Below, in pieces: positions 1 to 10,709 of a stretch of DNA of 44,410 nt (positions are counted from its first letter, which is position 1; every line of letters begins with the position of its first letter). The stretch lies in assembly GCA_013290045.1 (NCBI GenBank), contig JABCYU010000003.1, positions 1 through 44,410 on the forward strand, given 5' to 3'. This DNA comes from Methanobacteriota archaeon. GTDB taxonomy: Archaea > Thermoplasmatota > Thermoplasmata > Lutacidiplasmatales > UBA184. The translations under genes and the position numbers were made by a program. The notes below the pieces were generated by a model. The model was not told the origin of the DNA. It saw nothing but the letters and a program-made list of their open reading frames with translations, and ran no database searches.

Positions 1-1
1 A

Positions 2-736
2 TTGGACCCTCCGACCCACGTGGTGCTTCGGTCCACCGACCCGAGGGCCTCGAACGTCGCGGGATTCGCCCTGGTCGCCTCCCGTTCCGATCGGTTCGCC
101 CTGCTGGAGATCCGCGAGGACGGCTCCGGCCCCCCGGCGGGCGATGTTCCCTGGCGAGACCTCGTCCCCGCGGAGCGTCACATGATCACCACCCTCCAGC
201 CCGCCGGCGGCGCCGACCCGACCGGGAATCCCGTACAGTCGTGGCCAATCGTCCGGGCCGACCGGCCGGACGCCGTGGTCTCGCATCTACCCGAGTTCCT
301 CGCCTCCCCGGAGGCCGCGGGCCAGGCGCTGCGTCAACGTCTCCCTCTGCGGACCCCCATCGCGATCCTGATCGTCAACGGGGGCGTCGTCGCCCGCCGG
401 TTCCCCGACGACCCCGGGGCGACCGCCCGTCTGATGAAGGTCCAGAAGCAGTTCGGCTTCTCGGTCGTCCTCGCGGCGGACGAGACCTTCCGCCGGGACT
501 ACAGCGCCTTCGACTACGTGTTTGACGTCCTACCGGCGCCCGCCGATTGGGGGTCGGCGAGGATCCGTTGCGCCCGGGCGCCCCCGGGAGCCGAGTTACG
601 GGGTGGCGACGAGTTCACGCTCAGCCAAATCGGGGGGTTCGACTCGGTGGTCGACCGAATGGGGCTCATCGGATCGGCCCGTCCCGATGCGCCGGCCACC
701 CCCGCCGCCCCATCCGTGGTCGGGCCCCCGGCTTAG
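2..736 (+). CDS. Hypothetical protein, possibly 5'-truncated by the window edge; degenerate P-loop/RecA-like fold possible
   Basis: 244-aa ORF with protein-like composition and high-GC codon usage; no intact catalytic motif recognised. Confidence 0.6.
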   Translation: MDPPTHVVLRSTDPRASNVAGFALVASRSDRFALLEIREDGSGPPAGDVPWRDLVPAERHMITTLQPAGGADPTGNPVQSWPIVRADRPDAVVSHLPEFLASPEAAGQALRQRLPLRTPIAILIVNGGVVARRFPDDPGATARLMKVQKQFGFSVVLAADETFRRDYSAFDYVFDVLPAPADWGSARIRCARAPPGAELRGGDEFTLSQIGGFDSVVDRMGLIGSARPDAPATPAAPSVVGPPA

Positions 737-1587
737 ATCCTCGTCCTGGCCGTCGCCGCCTACGGGCCGGGAGTCAGGGGCGGTCGCCCGTGGAACGGCC
801 AGCCGGTCTCGGCGTCCCGAGCGCCCCCAGAGGCGCGCCCCTCTCGTCGAGAATCGTCGGGCCACCAGAAGATTATCGAGACGCCCCGATCGGCGCCGGG
901 CTCGCGGAACTCACCCGAGATCGAACCGCTCCTGTTGCCAACGCAGAGCGCCCCCGGTTGGCGCCCGTCCTGGAATGCTCGCCCAAGATTGTTCGTCGCA
1001 GCCCGGGCTCTCTCCCGCCGGTGAACGCTGGCTATCGAGGGGTACCGGGAGCGTTCGCTCCAGCCGGTACGCCCGTAGTGATGCACCCGAATTCCGGCGA
1101 GGCCGAACTCCGGGTCGTCCGCCTGCCTGAGGGAGTCGACATGACATCGGCGGAACCGCCCGGAGTCCTTGATGTGAAGGACCGAGTCGCCTCGCGCCCG
1201 AGCACCGGGCGAGCCGTGATCCGACTCACCTGGACCGTCCGCCGCCGTAGGATGGCACGGATCCGCCGCGCACACGAATTCGGGCGATTTCGTGTCCTCT
1301 GCGGACTGCGATTGACGAGGTTCCCTGGCTCGGGCTCTCGTGAGGACGCGGGGAAGCGTCCCGGAGTCCCTCGATGCCGACTTCTCACTGGGATCGGCGG
1401 CAGGGGCGCAACCTCCCTCGCAGATCCCGACGAGCGGGCTGATCACCGCGGCCGGGATACCCTTCTCGAGGAATTCCTGGAAGGTGGATGGACGGAGGCG
1501 GCCGACTCGATCCATCGAGGCCACCCCATCTCGCGGGGTCAACATCTCCGGACGATTTCGGCGGCAGGAAGTTCTGCGGGGGCCTAC

Positions 1588-2811
1588 CTACGAGTAACTC
1601 GCGGTGAGGTTGCCGGAGGCGCTGATCGTCGCGTTCGTCGACGCCAACCCGGGGCTCCCGACCCAAACGCCCGCGCTCCGCGACCATCCGTGGAAGAGCC
1701 AACCGGAACAGGAAGGCGCACCGATCGAGACCCCCGAGGAGGAGGGAGTCACCCGGATGGTCCCCCCGTTCCGAAAGGCGGTCCCGTTGAACACGACCGG
1801 CCCGCAGCGCGGCGGCCACACGCTCAGCGTCACGTTCGCCGATGGGGCGTAGACGACGTGGAGGCTGATGCTGTAGAGGAGCGATAGGCAGTAGTCGCGG
1901 ACGTGGTCGAGGAGGGTCGAGGGCGCCAGCGATGATTGGTAGGGAAGGATCAGGACCGAGACCCCGGCCGATGTGGCGTTCCCTGGCCCAGTGATCGTTT
2001 CGTCGTTCCGGATCTCGCGCCCCGTGGAGGCGTACTCCAGCACGCTACGAAAGTTCGTGTTCGAGGTCGCTCCGCTCAGGAAGGCGGTGAACTTCGATCC
2101 GATCTCGGGGGAGGTGCTGGAGGTCGACACGAGCCCGACGTACGGGGCCGGATAGAATGGGCCGGATTGGGTCCCGTTGGTGGCGACGCGGCTCCACGGG
2201 CTCGATATCGTAGTCCCGTTGGTCGCGAACGTGACCGCCCAATCCCATCGGAAGACGATCGTGGCCGTCTGATACGATGCGTTCGCCATGATCGCCACCA
2301 GTTGGCTCGTCATCGTGGCCGGGGTCTTGGCAAACGAGGTGACCCCACCCGCCACCTTGGTCTTGCTCGCAAGGGAACTACTGGACCACGCGGTCCCGTT
2401 CAGCCAGAGAGCCCGGGGCGGAAGGAACGCCTCGAAGGTCGATCCGCTCGTCAGGGGGAACATGGCGGTGAAGCTCGGGACGGTCAGCCGGAGGCTGGCC
2501 GCTCGGTGGCTGACGTTGTGGATCGCGAACTCGTAGCTCACCGTCAGCGAATCGCGGGCGGAGAGCGGGAACCCGGGAGGGGCGAGGGGAACGTCCCGGG
2601 AGGACCCTGTATCGGTGGCGTGGAACGGGCAGGTGGACGGGTACTGCCGGTCGGGGACCAGCCGGGCCGGGCCCAGGGGAGAGGATCGAGCCCCGTCGCC
2701 CGAGAACAAAGTCGTCGGGAAAACGACGAGGAGGGTGAGCCCAGCGAGAAGGAGCACCTGACGGATCGAACCCGGCCGAGAGAGGCGGGCATTTCCGCCT
2801 TTTCCGTCCAC
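1588..2811 (-). CDS. Secreted/surface Ser/Thr-rich protein with beta-sandwich-like repeats
   Basis: N-terminal hydrophobic signal (VLLLAGLTLLVVFP), many N-x-S/T sequons, C-terminal 'F.GWS..GV.V.SP..ST..T..ASG.LTA.Y' repeat-like domain typical of archaeal surface proteins. Confidence 0.7.
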   Translation of the reverse strand: MDGKGGNARLSRPGSIRQVLLLAGLTLLVVFPTTLFSGDGARSSPLGPARLVPDRQYPSTCPFHATDTGSSRDVPLAPPGFPLSARDSLTVSYEFAIHNVSHRAASLRLTVPSFTAMFPLTSGSTFEAFLPPRALWLNGTAWSSSSLASKTKVAGGVTSFAKTPATMTSQLVAIMANASYQTATIVFRWDWAVTFATNGTTISSPWSRVATNGTQSGPFYPAPYVGLVSTSSTSPEIGSKFTAFLSGATSNTNFRSVLEYASTGREIRNDETITGPGNATSAGVSVLILPYQSSLAPSTLLDHVRDYCLSLLYSISLHVVYAPSANVTLSVWPPRCGPVVFNGTAFRNGGTIRVTPSSSGVSIGAPSCSGWLFHGWSRSAGVWVGSPGLASTNATISASGNLTASYS

Positions 2812-3286
2812 GCCGGAGTCACGTCACCTGGAGGTCATCTGACCGCAGGATAGAGGGTTCCATTCCGGGTATCGTGGCGCGACGGCACAAACGGTTGGGG
2901 CGTGGGCGGCTCCGGTCGCCATCGGATGTCCGGACCGGGGGCGATTGCCGAGACCGATCCCGAACTGGGTACCGGCTGTCGGATTGGTTCGGGGGGAGTT
3001 CCCAGCGGGCCGGGGGGGGGTGACCGGCCCCGCGGCAGAGACCTCTCACGGACACGATCTCGACATGACACCGGTGACCAGGGGATTCGTTGGATTTCGT
3101 GATCCCGCCTCAAGCCCGGCCGAGACAATCCACGGCGGCCCGAACGATCAGGGTTTGTCTCGAGCGTTCGTCGCAGCGGTCTTCGTGCGTCGGAACTTTC
3201 CTCAGAATCACCCGTTGACAACCTCCCGGAGGACCTGCGTTGTGTCCCCTCCACCGGGGCGTTCGAATCTGACGTGGCTTCCGATC

Positions 3287-3676
3287 TCAGGGAGGTTGCG
3301 CACCGTTGCCCGGAGGTAGATGGTCGAAGAACAGATAGACCGACGCAATGCGACCGTTCCGGACGATGATGAAATCTGTTCCCGCGTAGGCGGGTGGCTC
3401 GCCCGGAACGCCTGAAACCCATTGGACTCGCCCGGCATCGCCCAACTCCTCGGGAGGGAAGAGGGGCCGATATTCGAAATCCGGGTGGGTTGATCGTATC
3501 TCACCCGCGATGCGATCGATCTCTTCTCGGCCACGAAACATCCCCCCTTGTGGATCATGGAAGACTGCGTCCTCATGGAAGATCTCGTCGAGCGCCGCGC
3601 GGCGACGTACCGGGTCATTCTCGCCAAAGACGTCGCTCAGATTGCGAAGCAGGAGGGTCGATATGATGCCGGACAC
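3287..3676 (-). CDS. SnoaL-like / NTF2 family protein
   Basis: 'RNL.DVFGE.D..RRRAA..E.F.ED.VF.DP.G...GREEI' and 'G.DFIIVRNGRIA.VY.F' match the SnoaL-like family. Confidence 0.9.
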   Translation of the reverse strand: MSGIISTLLLRNLSDVFGENDPVRRRAALDEIFHEDAVFHDPQGGMFRGREEIDRIAGEIRSTHPDFEYRPLFPPEELGDAGRVQWVSGVPGEPPAYAGTDFIIVRNGRIASVYLFFDHLPPGNGAQPP

Positions 3677-3951
3677 GGTATTCTCCCATTCTGACTATGG
3701 GCCGTGAGCCGCCCGCGCATCCCTGAGTTCACGACCTCCCGGCAGGCCCGCCGGGGGCTCTCCGACCCAGTCACTCCACTCGGGCGTTGTGGATACGCGC
3801 TGGTAGGTCGCAGCAGCGTCCCCCGACAGCGCGAGCGATTGACAACCTTCCCTCTTCCTCGAGTGAACTGAAAGGCGTCTGAAGCTTGCGTCCCCGGCCC
3901 GAGTGCGCATCGGTGGGGGAGCTGAACCCAAGCCGTCGACCTGCGTCGCCG

Positions 3952-4698
3952 TCACGGAGGTCGGGACTCTTCTGGATGGGCCGTGGTCCGGTGGCCCTGC
4001 TCGGGGACGAGGCCGTCTCGGAATCGGATGGAGGCGTGACTCCCGTTGCAGAACGGCATGTTGTCGGACGCGCCGCAACGGCAGAGGGTGACGCGGTTCC
4101 TCCTCTCGTAGGCCTTTCCGTCCTGGGATTCGATGCGCACCCCGCCTCGGACCCAGATAGGGCCACTGCAGTGCAGGGCCGTGTCCTCGACAAGCCCGAT
4201 CGACGGCGGAAGCGGCGACTCGATCATCTCCCCCGTCTTCTTGTCATGGAGCACGAGCCGGCCGGCCGGGCAGTGGTTCGCCTCCCGGACGACCAGCTCG
4301 GCGATCTGCGGGTCGTCCGTCCGCCGGATCAGGCTCCAAATCTTGCCCCCCGGGTCGCAGAATCGGGCAAACGCGCAGTACTGCTCGGCATCGTCGAGCA
4401 CCATGGTCGGCCCTACCTCCTGCACCGACTGGCGAGCCAGAGGCCGACGGGAGGCGGTTTCCTCCCCCTCGAACCCGACCGCCAGGTGCGAGTTGTCGCA
4501 GAAGGGCTTGTTCTTCGACTGGCCGCAGCGACAGAGAAAATATTCGTTCGCGGTCTCGAACGATCGACCTTCGGTCCAGTCCCACGACTCTCTTGCAGAG
4601 TTCGGGGTGATCATCTGCAGGGCAAGCGGTACTTTCCCGAGGACTCGGTAAGGCCCCCGCTTCATCACGACGATCTTCGGCTCCTGTTCGTCTCCCAT
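3952..4698 (-). CDS. CDGSH iron-sulfur domain protein (two CDGSH domains plus central ferredoxin-like domain)
   Basis: LCRCGQSKNKPFCDNSH and LCRCGASDNMPFCNGSH motifs; central CAFARFC...CPAGRL. Confidence 0.93.
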   Translation of the reverse strand: MGDEQEPKIVVMKRGPYRVLGKVPLALQMITPNSARESWDWTEGRSFETANEYFLCRCGQSKNKPFCDNSHLAVGFEGEETASRRPLARQSVQEVGPTMVLDDAEQYCAFARFCDPGGKIWSLIRRTDDPQIAELVVREANHCPAGRLVLHDKKTGEMIESPLPPSIGLVEDTALHCSGPIWVRGGVRIESQDGKAYERRNRVTLCRCGASDNMPFCNGSHASIRFRDGLVPEQGHRTTAHPEESRPP

Positions 4699-5377
4699 GG
4701 TCCGTCGCTGACCTCCGAGGTGGCCCGTACTCGAGTTTACGCCCGCCGGCTTATGAAGGGAAAGGGAGCACCAGGTAACCTACGGGTGGATCGGCCGCCC
4801 TCGCGGCCTGCAAAGGCCCGGGCGAGAGGTCTGCCGGGAATCTATCCACCAATGCTCCCGACAAGATCTCCGAGCCGCGCGGCGAGGACCTCGCTTGAGG
4901 CTGCCCCGGCGGGGATCCGGACCCCTCCCCCCGATGCGCTGCGCAACCAGGCTGCGGCGGAAACTGCGTGCTCATTCAGACTTGAGCCGATGACTTCCAA
5001 GATGGGGCGATTCGGATCTTTCGGCTGGCGACCTCCATCTGGGGCTCGTCCGCTCCAAGGTACGAAAACGGCCGGTTGCAGTTCGATGGGCTCAAACGTG
5101 CACCGGTTGGGGTTGAGCCGCACGGCTAGGGCAGCTCATGTTGCCCTTGCGGGGGGGTAGGATCGCCCCTCGTTTTCAGAGGAGACCCTGCCGCCGGTGG
5201 GAGGCCCCCCGGGCCCCGTCCATCCGTTTTCCCCATCCGGGTTCGGGAGCCGGGTTCCTACGCCGCCGGGAGGGGGCACGATCCCCCTCGGGGCGCGCCC
5301 GCCTCCAACCAGGCGCCGACTGTTCCAACCGTTCGGGGGGGTTCGGCATCCTGGTGAGGTGCCCCTTCGCGCCATAT

Positions 5378-5779
5378 CTATTCATCAAATTCGGAACGCA
5401 CGAGGTCGACGAGGCGTCGGGCGTGCGTGGCCAGTTCTCGGGCGTCTCTCATTTCGACCTCACGGTCTTCGTACTCGACTTCGTTCTTCCGATCGAGGAG
5501 CTGCTGGAGATGTCGGGCCACGTCGTCACTCCGGGGCGAGGAGCACCGCCTCACCAAGCCGATGGCCTCGTGGTGATCGGTTCCTTTTGAGCGCAGTCCG
5601 TGGAAAAAGATCACGAAGGCGTCAGCGGCCGCGATTCCCCCATGTATGGCACTCCCTGCTGCCGCGTCGGGGTTCGAACTCCCAAGTGCCCAGTCGACCG
5701 CCTTGAGCAACTCGGTCGCCCGGTTCAGGTACACCTTCGCCTTCGCGCGGGGCACCCGTGCGGTACGCGAGTCGGACAT
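5378..5779 (-). CDS. HEPN domain protein (toxin partner of MNT)
   Basis: Helical HEPN-type pattern (AIH..IAAADA; DH.EA; K..VEY), 3 bp downstream of an MNT gene. Confidence 0.8.
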   Translation of the reverse strand: MSDSRTARVPRAKAKVYLNRATELLKAVDWALGSSNPDAAAGSAIHGGIAAADAFVIFFHGLRSKGTDHHEAIGLVRRCSSPRSDDVARHLQQLLDRKNEVEYEDREVEMRDARELATHARRLVDLVRSEFDE

Positions 5780-5782
5780 GAG

Positions 5783-6370
5783 CTAGTCCGTCACCGGGAT
5801 CCCGTCTCGCTCGATCGTCTCGAGAAGGGCGGGATTGAAGCGGCGCGATAGGTGGGCACGGGTCAGCACGAGGTTGGACAGGCTGTTCCCAAATCTCTCG
5901 GCGAATCGTTGGCTGGCCCTGGCGAGAGCCTCGGCGACGACCTCGCGAGCTGCCTCGGTACGGACCTGAACGAACAGGTCGATATCGCTGAACGGCTGTT
6001 CCTCGCCGCGGGCCACCGATCCAAACACGAGGGCGCGGTCGACCGGTAGACCTTCCAGCGCCTTCTGAATATCCCGTTTCAAGAGCCGAGGGAGGCTCGC
6101 TTCATCCTCGAAAAGGCGCTGGAGCGGCGCCACAAGGACATGACCGGCGGAGATGCGCCAGACATGCGCCCTCCCTGCCACCTCGTGGGCGGCCAGACCC
6201 TCGTTCGCGAGGGACACGAGCGCTTGGTTGGTCTGAGAGGGGGATGCGCCGATGAGCCCGGCCACTTCCCTACCCGTCAGGCCGCGAGACCCCGACCGGC
6301 AGAGGAGGCGAAGGACGTCTACCCGGATGGGGCTCCCGAGAATCTTCGTCAGGGGCGAACGGAAGCGCAT
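5783..6370 (-). CDS. wHTH-minimal nucleotidyltransferase (MNT) antitoxin
   Basis: N-terminal HTH (LTGREVAGLIG.S); VFGSVARGE...SDIDL nucleotidyltransferase motif. Confidence 0.9.
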   Translation of the reverse strand: MRFRSPLTKILGSPIRVDVLRLLCRSGSRGLTGREVAGLIGASPSQTNQALVSLANEGLAAHEVAGRAHVWRISAGHVLVAPLQRLFEDEASLPRLLKRDIQKALEGLPVDRALVFGSVARGEEQPFSDIDLFVQVRTEAAREVVAEALARASQRFAERFGNSLSNLVLTRAHLSRRFNPALLETIERDGIPVTD

Positions 6371-6386
6371 GCTCGATTATTCCAAC

Positions 6387-6410
6387 ATATGTATGGTAAA
6401 TCATACATAT
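6387..6410. promoter_or_regulatory. Perfect palindrome ATATGTATG-N6-CATACATAT overlapping a TATA-like box; putative autoregulatory operator of the HTH-MNT/HEPN operon
   Basis: 9-bp perfect inverted repeat 17-40 bp upstream of the ATG at 6370. Confidence 0.7.
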
Positions 6411-7256
6411 AAGGCCCGCGGGGTAGCGACCCCCGTCGATTCGATCGTTATGGGGGAGGGTGGCAGGGTCGGCCGACTGCAGCCCGGTCCGATCAGCTCC
6501 TCGACGGGGGCTCTCGGCCAGCCGGCTCACTCGGGTCCCCATGGTGGGGACTGGTTGCTGCCCAACCAGTAGCTCATCAGCCGGTCCGCCGAGTGCAGGG
6601 ATCCACTCGGACTTTGCGTCCGGCTGACGCGGGTGGGTCGCTGGAATGGTCCCGCCCCGTCGACGAACGGTTTCGCGGCCGATATCGGGAACCCGCAGTG
6701 TTCCCACCGCCTGGTCCCGTCTCGGGAACGACACCCGGTACGGTTCTTGGGCTCTGAGGTCAAAGAAGGAGAGGATACTCTGGTCCAGGATTCCCGCTGC
6801 CCCCCTGGCGGTGGCGACGCTCATGGCGCTCAGGGCCTGCCTTCGGGGACTTCACCAGACGAAGAACTCGCGCCGAGCGTGAGGCTCGATCCCGGCGCCC
6901 GATTACTGGCTGCAGTGCCCCACCATCCTACTCTATTCTCTCCCCGTTCTCGTTCTCGGCGCACCTCATACCCGAGGCGGTCCGCGAGGCGGACCGTCGG
7001 TGGTTCCGACTCGGGCCGATCCCCTCGGACTCCTTCCACCTCAACCCGATCGAGACCCAGTTCCGCTCTATCCGACAGATCGCTCTCACTGGGTCAGACT
7101 ATCGGGATTTGCGATCGTTCGGCGGAGCGATCCAGAGTCCGATGAGATAACTGAACACGAGGCCCCCAGTCCCCGCTCATGATGTCAAACGGTGTCTGTG
7201 GGTGCGGCAGTAGCGCGCCGATTCCGTCTTGAAGCGGAGCGGGTCTCCACCGTGGC

Positions 7257-7862
7257 ATGGCGCGCTCCAAGGGTGGCTCGGTCCGGGTCCGTTGTGGGTG
7301 GAGTTCGCTGGACGACCAGGCGATGCGACGGTACCACGACACCGAGTGGGGGGTCCCAGTCCATGATGATTCCCGGCACTTTGAGTTCCTTGTGCTCGAG
7401 GGGGCTCAGGCAGGGCTGAGCTGGTCAACGATCCTTCACAAGCGTGAAGGGTACCGCCGGGCGTTCGATGGGTTCGACCCCGCGAAGGTAGCTCGCTTCA
7501 CCTCGGCAAAGGTGCGGCGACTCAGGACTGATGGTGGTATCGTGCGGAACCGGCTGAAGATCGGTTCAGCCGTGACCAACGCCCGGGCATTCCTCGCGGT
7601 CCAGAAGGAGTTCGGCAGCTTCGACACCTTCGCGTGGTCCTTCGTGGGCGGCAAGCCCCGGCAGAATCACTGGAGGAGCTCGCAGGCGCTGCCTGCCACG
7701 TCCGTCGAGTCGGACCAGTTCAGCAAGGCGCTCTATTCGAGAGGGTTCCGGTTCGTCGGGTCAACGATCATCTACGCTCACATGCAGGCGGTCGGCATGG
7801 TCAACGACCACTCGATCGACTGCTTCAGGTACCGACAGGTGGAGGACCTCGCCCCCGACTGA
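7257..7862 (+). CDS. tag: DNA-3-methyladenine glycosylase I
   Basis: RCGW...YHDTEWGVP..DD...FEFLVLEGAQAGLSW; IVRNRLKI; GFRFVGSTIIYAHMQAVGMVNDH...C. Confidence 0.96.
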   Translation: MARSKGGSVRVRCGWSSLDDQAMRRYHDTEWGVPVHDDSRHFEFLVLEGAQAGLSWSTILHKREGYRRAFDGFDPAKVARFTSAKVRRLRTDGGIVRNRLKIGSAVTNARAFLAVQKEFGSFDTFAWSFVGGKPRQNHWRSSQALPATSVESDQFSKALYSRGFRFVGSTIIYAHMQAVGMVNDHSIDCFRYRQVEDLAPD

Positions 7863-7900
7863 GATCGGACGAAGACAGACCTGCCCCGATTCGTTGCCGG

Positions 7901-8542
7901 CTAGCGTCGTTCCATGAGTATCGACCAGAAGAGAGGGCTCAGGTCAGATCGGAGATTCAGGCGGAACTCCTTGAGCTCGAGCACACGAAAGGTCGTCTCG
8001 AGTTCTCGGCGGATCTCGGTTTCGCTGACGGTTGGGGGCCCGTTGGGGTTCTGATCCCGCGAACTTCCGGTAAGGGAGAGCCATCGGCTCTTGGGACGGG
8101 TCAGAAGCTGAAGGGCCGAAACAAACCCGGACAGATCTCGTTGCCGTATACCGTGATAGACCCCCGAATCGAAAACGGACTCGAAAGGACCGCCGAGCTC
8201 GAGCTTGGTGAAGTCCCCCGTGAGGAAACGGACAGACACGCCGGCCTCCTTGGCTCGGTCGATTCCCCTCTGCACGGCGAGGCCAACCAGGTCGACAGCC
8301 GTCACCTGGTAGCCCCGCTTCGCGAGTTCCACGGCATTGGTTCCCGTCCCAGAGCCGATCTCGAGAAGCGACCGCCCCGGAAGGCCGCCGGCCTCGACCA
8401 CCCGAACAAGTTCGGGGTTCGGCACGCCGGTATCCCACGGGGTCTCCCCCGAAACATACCGCTGTGTTATGGCACCGAGATAATCTTCCGGCGGGAGCTC
8501 GGTGATTCTCCCCGAGGGGCGGGGGTCTGGTTCAGGCGGCAT
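7901..8542 (-). CDS. Class I SAM-dependent methyltransferase (TPMT-like)
   Basis: TPWDTG.P.PEL; LEIGSGTGTNA motif I; FDSGVYH. Confidence 0.9.
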   Translation of the reverse strand: MPPEPDPRPSGRITELPPEDYLGAITQRYVSGETPWDTGVPNPELVRVVEAGGLPGRSLLEIGSGTGTNAVELAKRGYQVTAVDLVGLAVQRGIDRAKEAGVSVRFLTGDFTKLELGGPFESVFDSGVYHGIRQRDLSGFVSALQLLTRPKSRWLSLTGSSRDQNPNGPPTVSETEIRRELETTFRVLELKEFRLNLRSDLSPLFWSILMERR

Positions 8543-8679
8543 CGGCGCCGCTCATCTCCAGGGGCTATTCAGCCGCTCCGCTCGCGCCGGCCCCGGCCGT
8601 CGCGAGGGTCCCCTACCCTGGGGTTCGGCCCGTCCACCCCACCTGACTCGGCCTAGAGGGGACGGGCACGGGACATCGA

Positions 8680-8699
8680 GTTGCAAGGAACCTTTCACT
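8680..8699. repeat. Palindromic core site GTTGCAA-GGAACC-TTTCACT
   Basis: Intergenic variant of GGTGCAA-N6-TTGCACC. Confidence 0.55.
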
Positions 8700-9038
8700 C
8701 CGCTCCCGCTGCGAAACCGGCATGGGCTAGCGAACCGCCCCAAGGTGCCCCGTCGAGGCTTCTCGAACGTCAAGATGACGATGGCCAACGACGAGGGGAC
8801 CGACAACCAGGCCGTCCCGAGCTCGCTCATCCTCCCGGGGAGCCCGTTCTCGGTCGCCTGGAAGTCGTACGGACCGTGAGACGTCCGAACTTGAATTCCC
8901 AACCACTTCTCTCATTTCTTTCTCCGGTCATCGGGCGCAACCCGAGGGGGACCTCTCGACCGTGGCGCGGATCGGACGGGGTGAGCCGTCCACCGTCTCC
9001 TTCAGTTAGAGCCGGGTCCTGTCTCGCTGTCGGAGGGG

Positions 9039-9058
9039 GTTGCCACGAGGGTTGCACC
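9039..9058. repeat. Palindromic core site GTTGCCA-CGAGGG-TTGCACC
   Basis: Intergenic; flanks extend the symmetry (ggaggg...ccctcc). Confidence 0.65.
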
Positions 9059-9194
9059 TCCCTCCTCGCCGGATCCACGTCGATGCATCGGGGATTGGCT
9101 GCCCCATGTGGAGAGATCGAGGGCCTGTGGTACGGGCGTGAACAACCAACGATTATCCCAGACGACCAGGTCCCGCCGCCCGGAAGTCGGTCAG

Positions 9195-10535
9195 ATGACC
9201 GGAGATCGGATTCGGATGACAGGAGGGGCAACCGCCGGCGCGCTCGCCGTGCTTGCGGTGGCCATGTTCCTGATCGTCCCCAGCGTCGGAGCCACGGCAC
9301 CGCCGAAAATGCCCGCCTTGACCCCCCAGCCACCCCCTCGCCCGCTGCTCAGCGCCTCCGAGCAGATGCCCGCATTCCTCAATGGATCGATCGTGAACAC
9401 GATCTACCTCCAGGGGAATTTCGTGGGTACGGTCAATGGTACCAACGCCACATTCGGGATGGAGCCGATGGTCGGTCTCCCCGCCATCGGGGTCACCCCC
9501 AACGTCTACCCGACCGCTCGGGCGAACATCCACCCGTTCATCGCGCTAGTGCCGTGGTGGGGCCCCGCCAAGAAACCCTACGACCCCGCCTACCACCCGG
9601 GAGCCTATGGGATCCGGGAGATGTGCGCGCCCGCGACCCGGGCGGTCTGCTGGGACCACCCCTCGACCATCATCGTGCCAGGGCTCGGCAACGTCCCGTT
9701 GCCCGGTCACGACCACTTGATCACGACGGCCGCGGGATTCCATGACACGTGGTGGAACCTCGAGATCGTCCTGGTCCTGAACCAGACGTACTGGCCGAAC
9801 CTGAACGGAGTCGGGACCCACGCGATCACGTCGGCCGCCGCCCTGGCAGCGGCCCAGACGGCCAAGGCGGCGAGCGGGGCCCTCGGAACGAACGATTTCC
9901 TGAACTTCGCGGTCGCCACGGTCCAGGGGGGCTACACCCCTACTCCCGTCGCGGGTACCCCGGCGCTCCTGAAGCAGGAGCTCATGCCGGCGTTCCTCGG
10001 AGGAAAGGTCGTCAACACCCTCTACGAGAACGGTTTCTTCACGAGCAGCAACGCCTCGAGAAGCCCGATGTTCGGGATGGAACCACTGCTCAGTGAGCCC
10101 GGGATCGGCGCCCCCGATATCCACGACCCGATCGCGAACCACTTTGAGCCCCCGTTCATCGTGCTGGTCCCATGGTGGGGACCGTCGAGCGCGCCCTACG
10201 ATCCCGCGTACCATCCCGCCGCCTACGGGATCAAGCTGATGTGCGCCCCGGAGTCGATCTCGGTCTGCTACGACCACCCGACGACGATCAACGTCTCGGG
10301 GCTCGGCGTGGTTCCGTTGCCGGGCCACGACCACCTGATCACGACGTCGGCCCACTTCACGGACACCTGGTGGAGCCTCATCGTGGTGCTCGTGACCAAC
10401 AGCAGCGTCTTTCCGGACCTGAACGGGTCCCATGGGATCACGTCCCTGGCGGCGCTGACGGCCGCCCAGGCCGCGGGACAGGCGTCGGCGGACCTCGCGA
10501 CGAACACCTACCTGAACTTCGAGGTGAATCCTTAG
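9195..10535 (+). CDS. Secreted protein of two tandem ~205-aa repeats with Cys/His motifs (putative metal-binding)
   Basis: Signal peptide; MPAFL.G, PWWGP...PYDPAYHP.AYGI..MCAP....VC[WY]DHP and PLPGHDHLITT each occur twice; start could be 9108, 9195 or 9216. Confidence 0.85.
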   Translation: MTGDRIRMTGGATAGALAVLAVAMFLIVPSVGATAPPKMPALTPQPPPRPLLSASEQMPAFLNGSIVNTIYLQGNFVGTVNGTNATFGMEPMVGLPAIGVTPNVYPTARANIHPFIALVPWWGPAKKPYDPAYHPGAYGIREMCAPATRAVCWDHPSTIIVPGLGNVPLPGHDHLITTAAGFHDTWWNLEIVLVLNQTYWPNLNGVGTHAITSAAALAAAQTAKAASGALGTNDFLNFAVATVQGGYTPTPVAGTPALLKQELMPAFLGGKVVNTLYENGFFTSSNASRSPMFGMEPLLSEPGIGAPDIHDPIANHFEPPFIVLVPWWGPSSAPYDPAYHPAAYGIKLMCAPESISVCYDHPTTINVSGLGVVPLPGHDHLITTSAHFTDTWWSLIVVLVTNSSVFPDLNGSHGITSLAALTAAQAAGQASADLATNTYLNFEVNP

Positions 10536-10709
10536 GTAGGATTGGCCCTCCTCCCAGCGCCCGAGGGGGAGCCTGACGGCTCCCCCTCCAACTGTTTCTG
10601 TGTGGACTCCTCGCCCTTGGGGCGTTCCAACGAGCCCGATATGGGCCCGTGCTGTTGTGGCGCGTTGGGAATACATCCCCTCAAATCCGACCACCGCCCA
10701 TCGACGGAC

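Noticed and set aside
737-1587. Overlapping long ORFs (547-1887 +, 760-1545 -) and a weak site GGCGCAA-CCTCCC-TCGCAGA at 1405-1424
   Set aside because: Arg/Pro/Gly-rich translations with no motifs; the site is too degenerate to count
6420-7250. Possible gene or remnant between the MNT gene and tag
   Set aside because: No frame gives a recognisable protein
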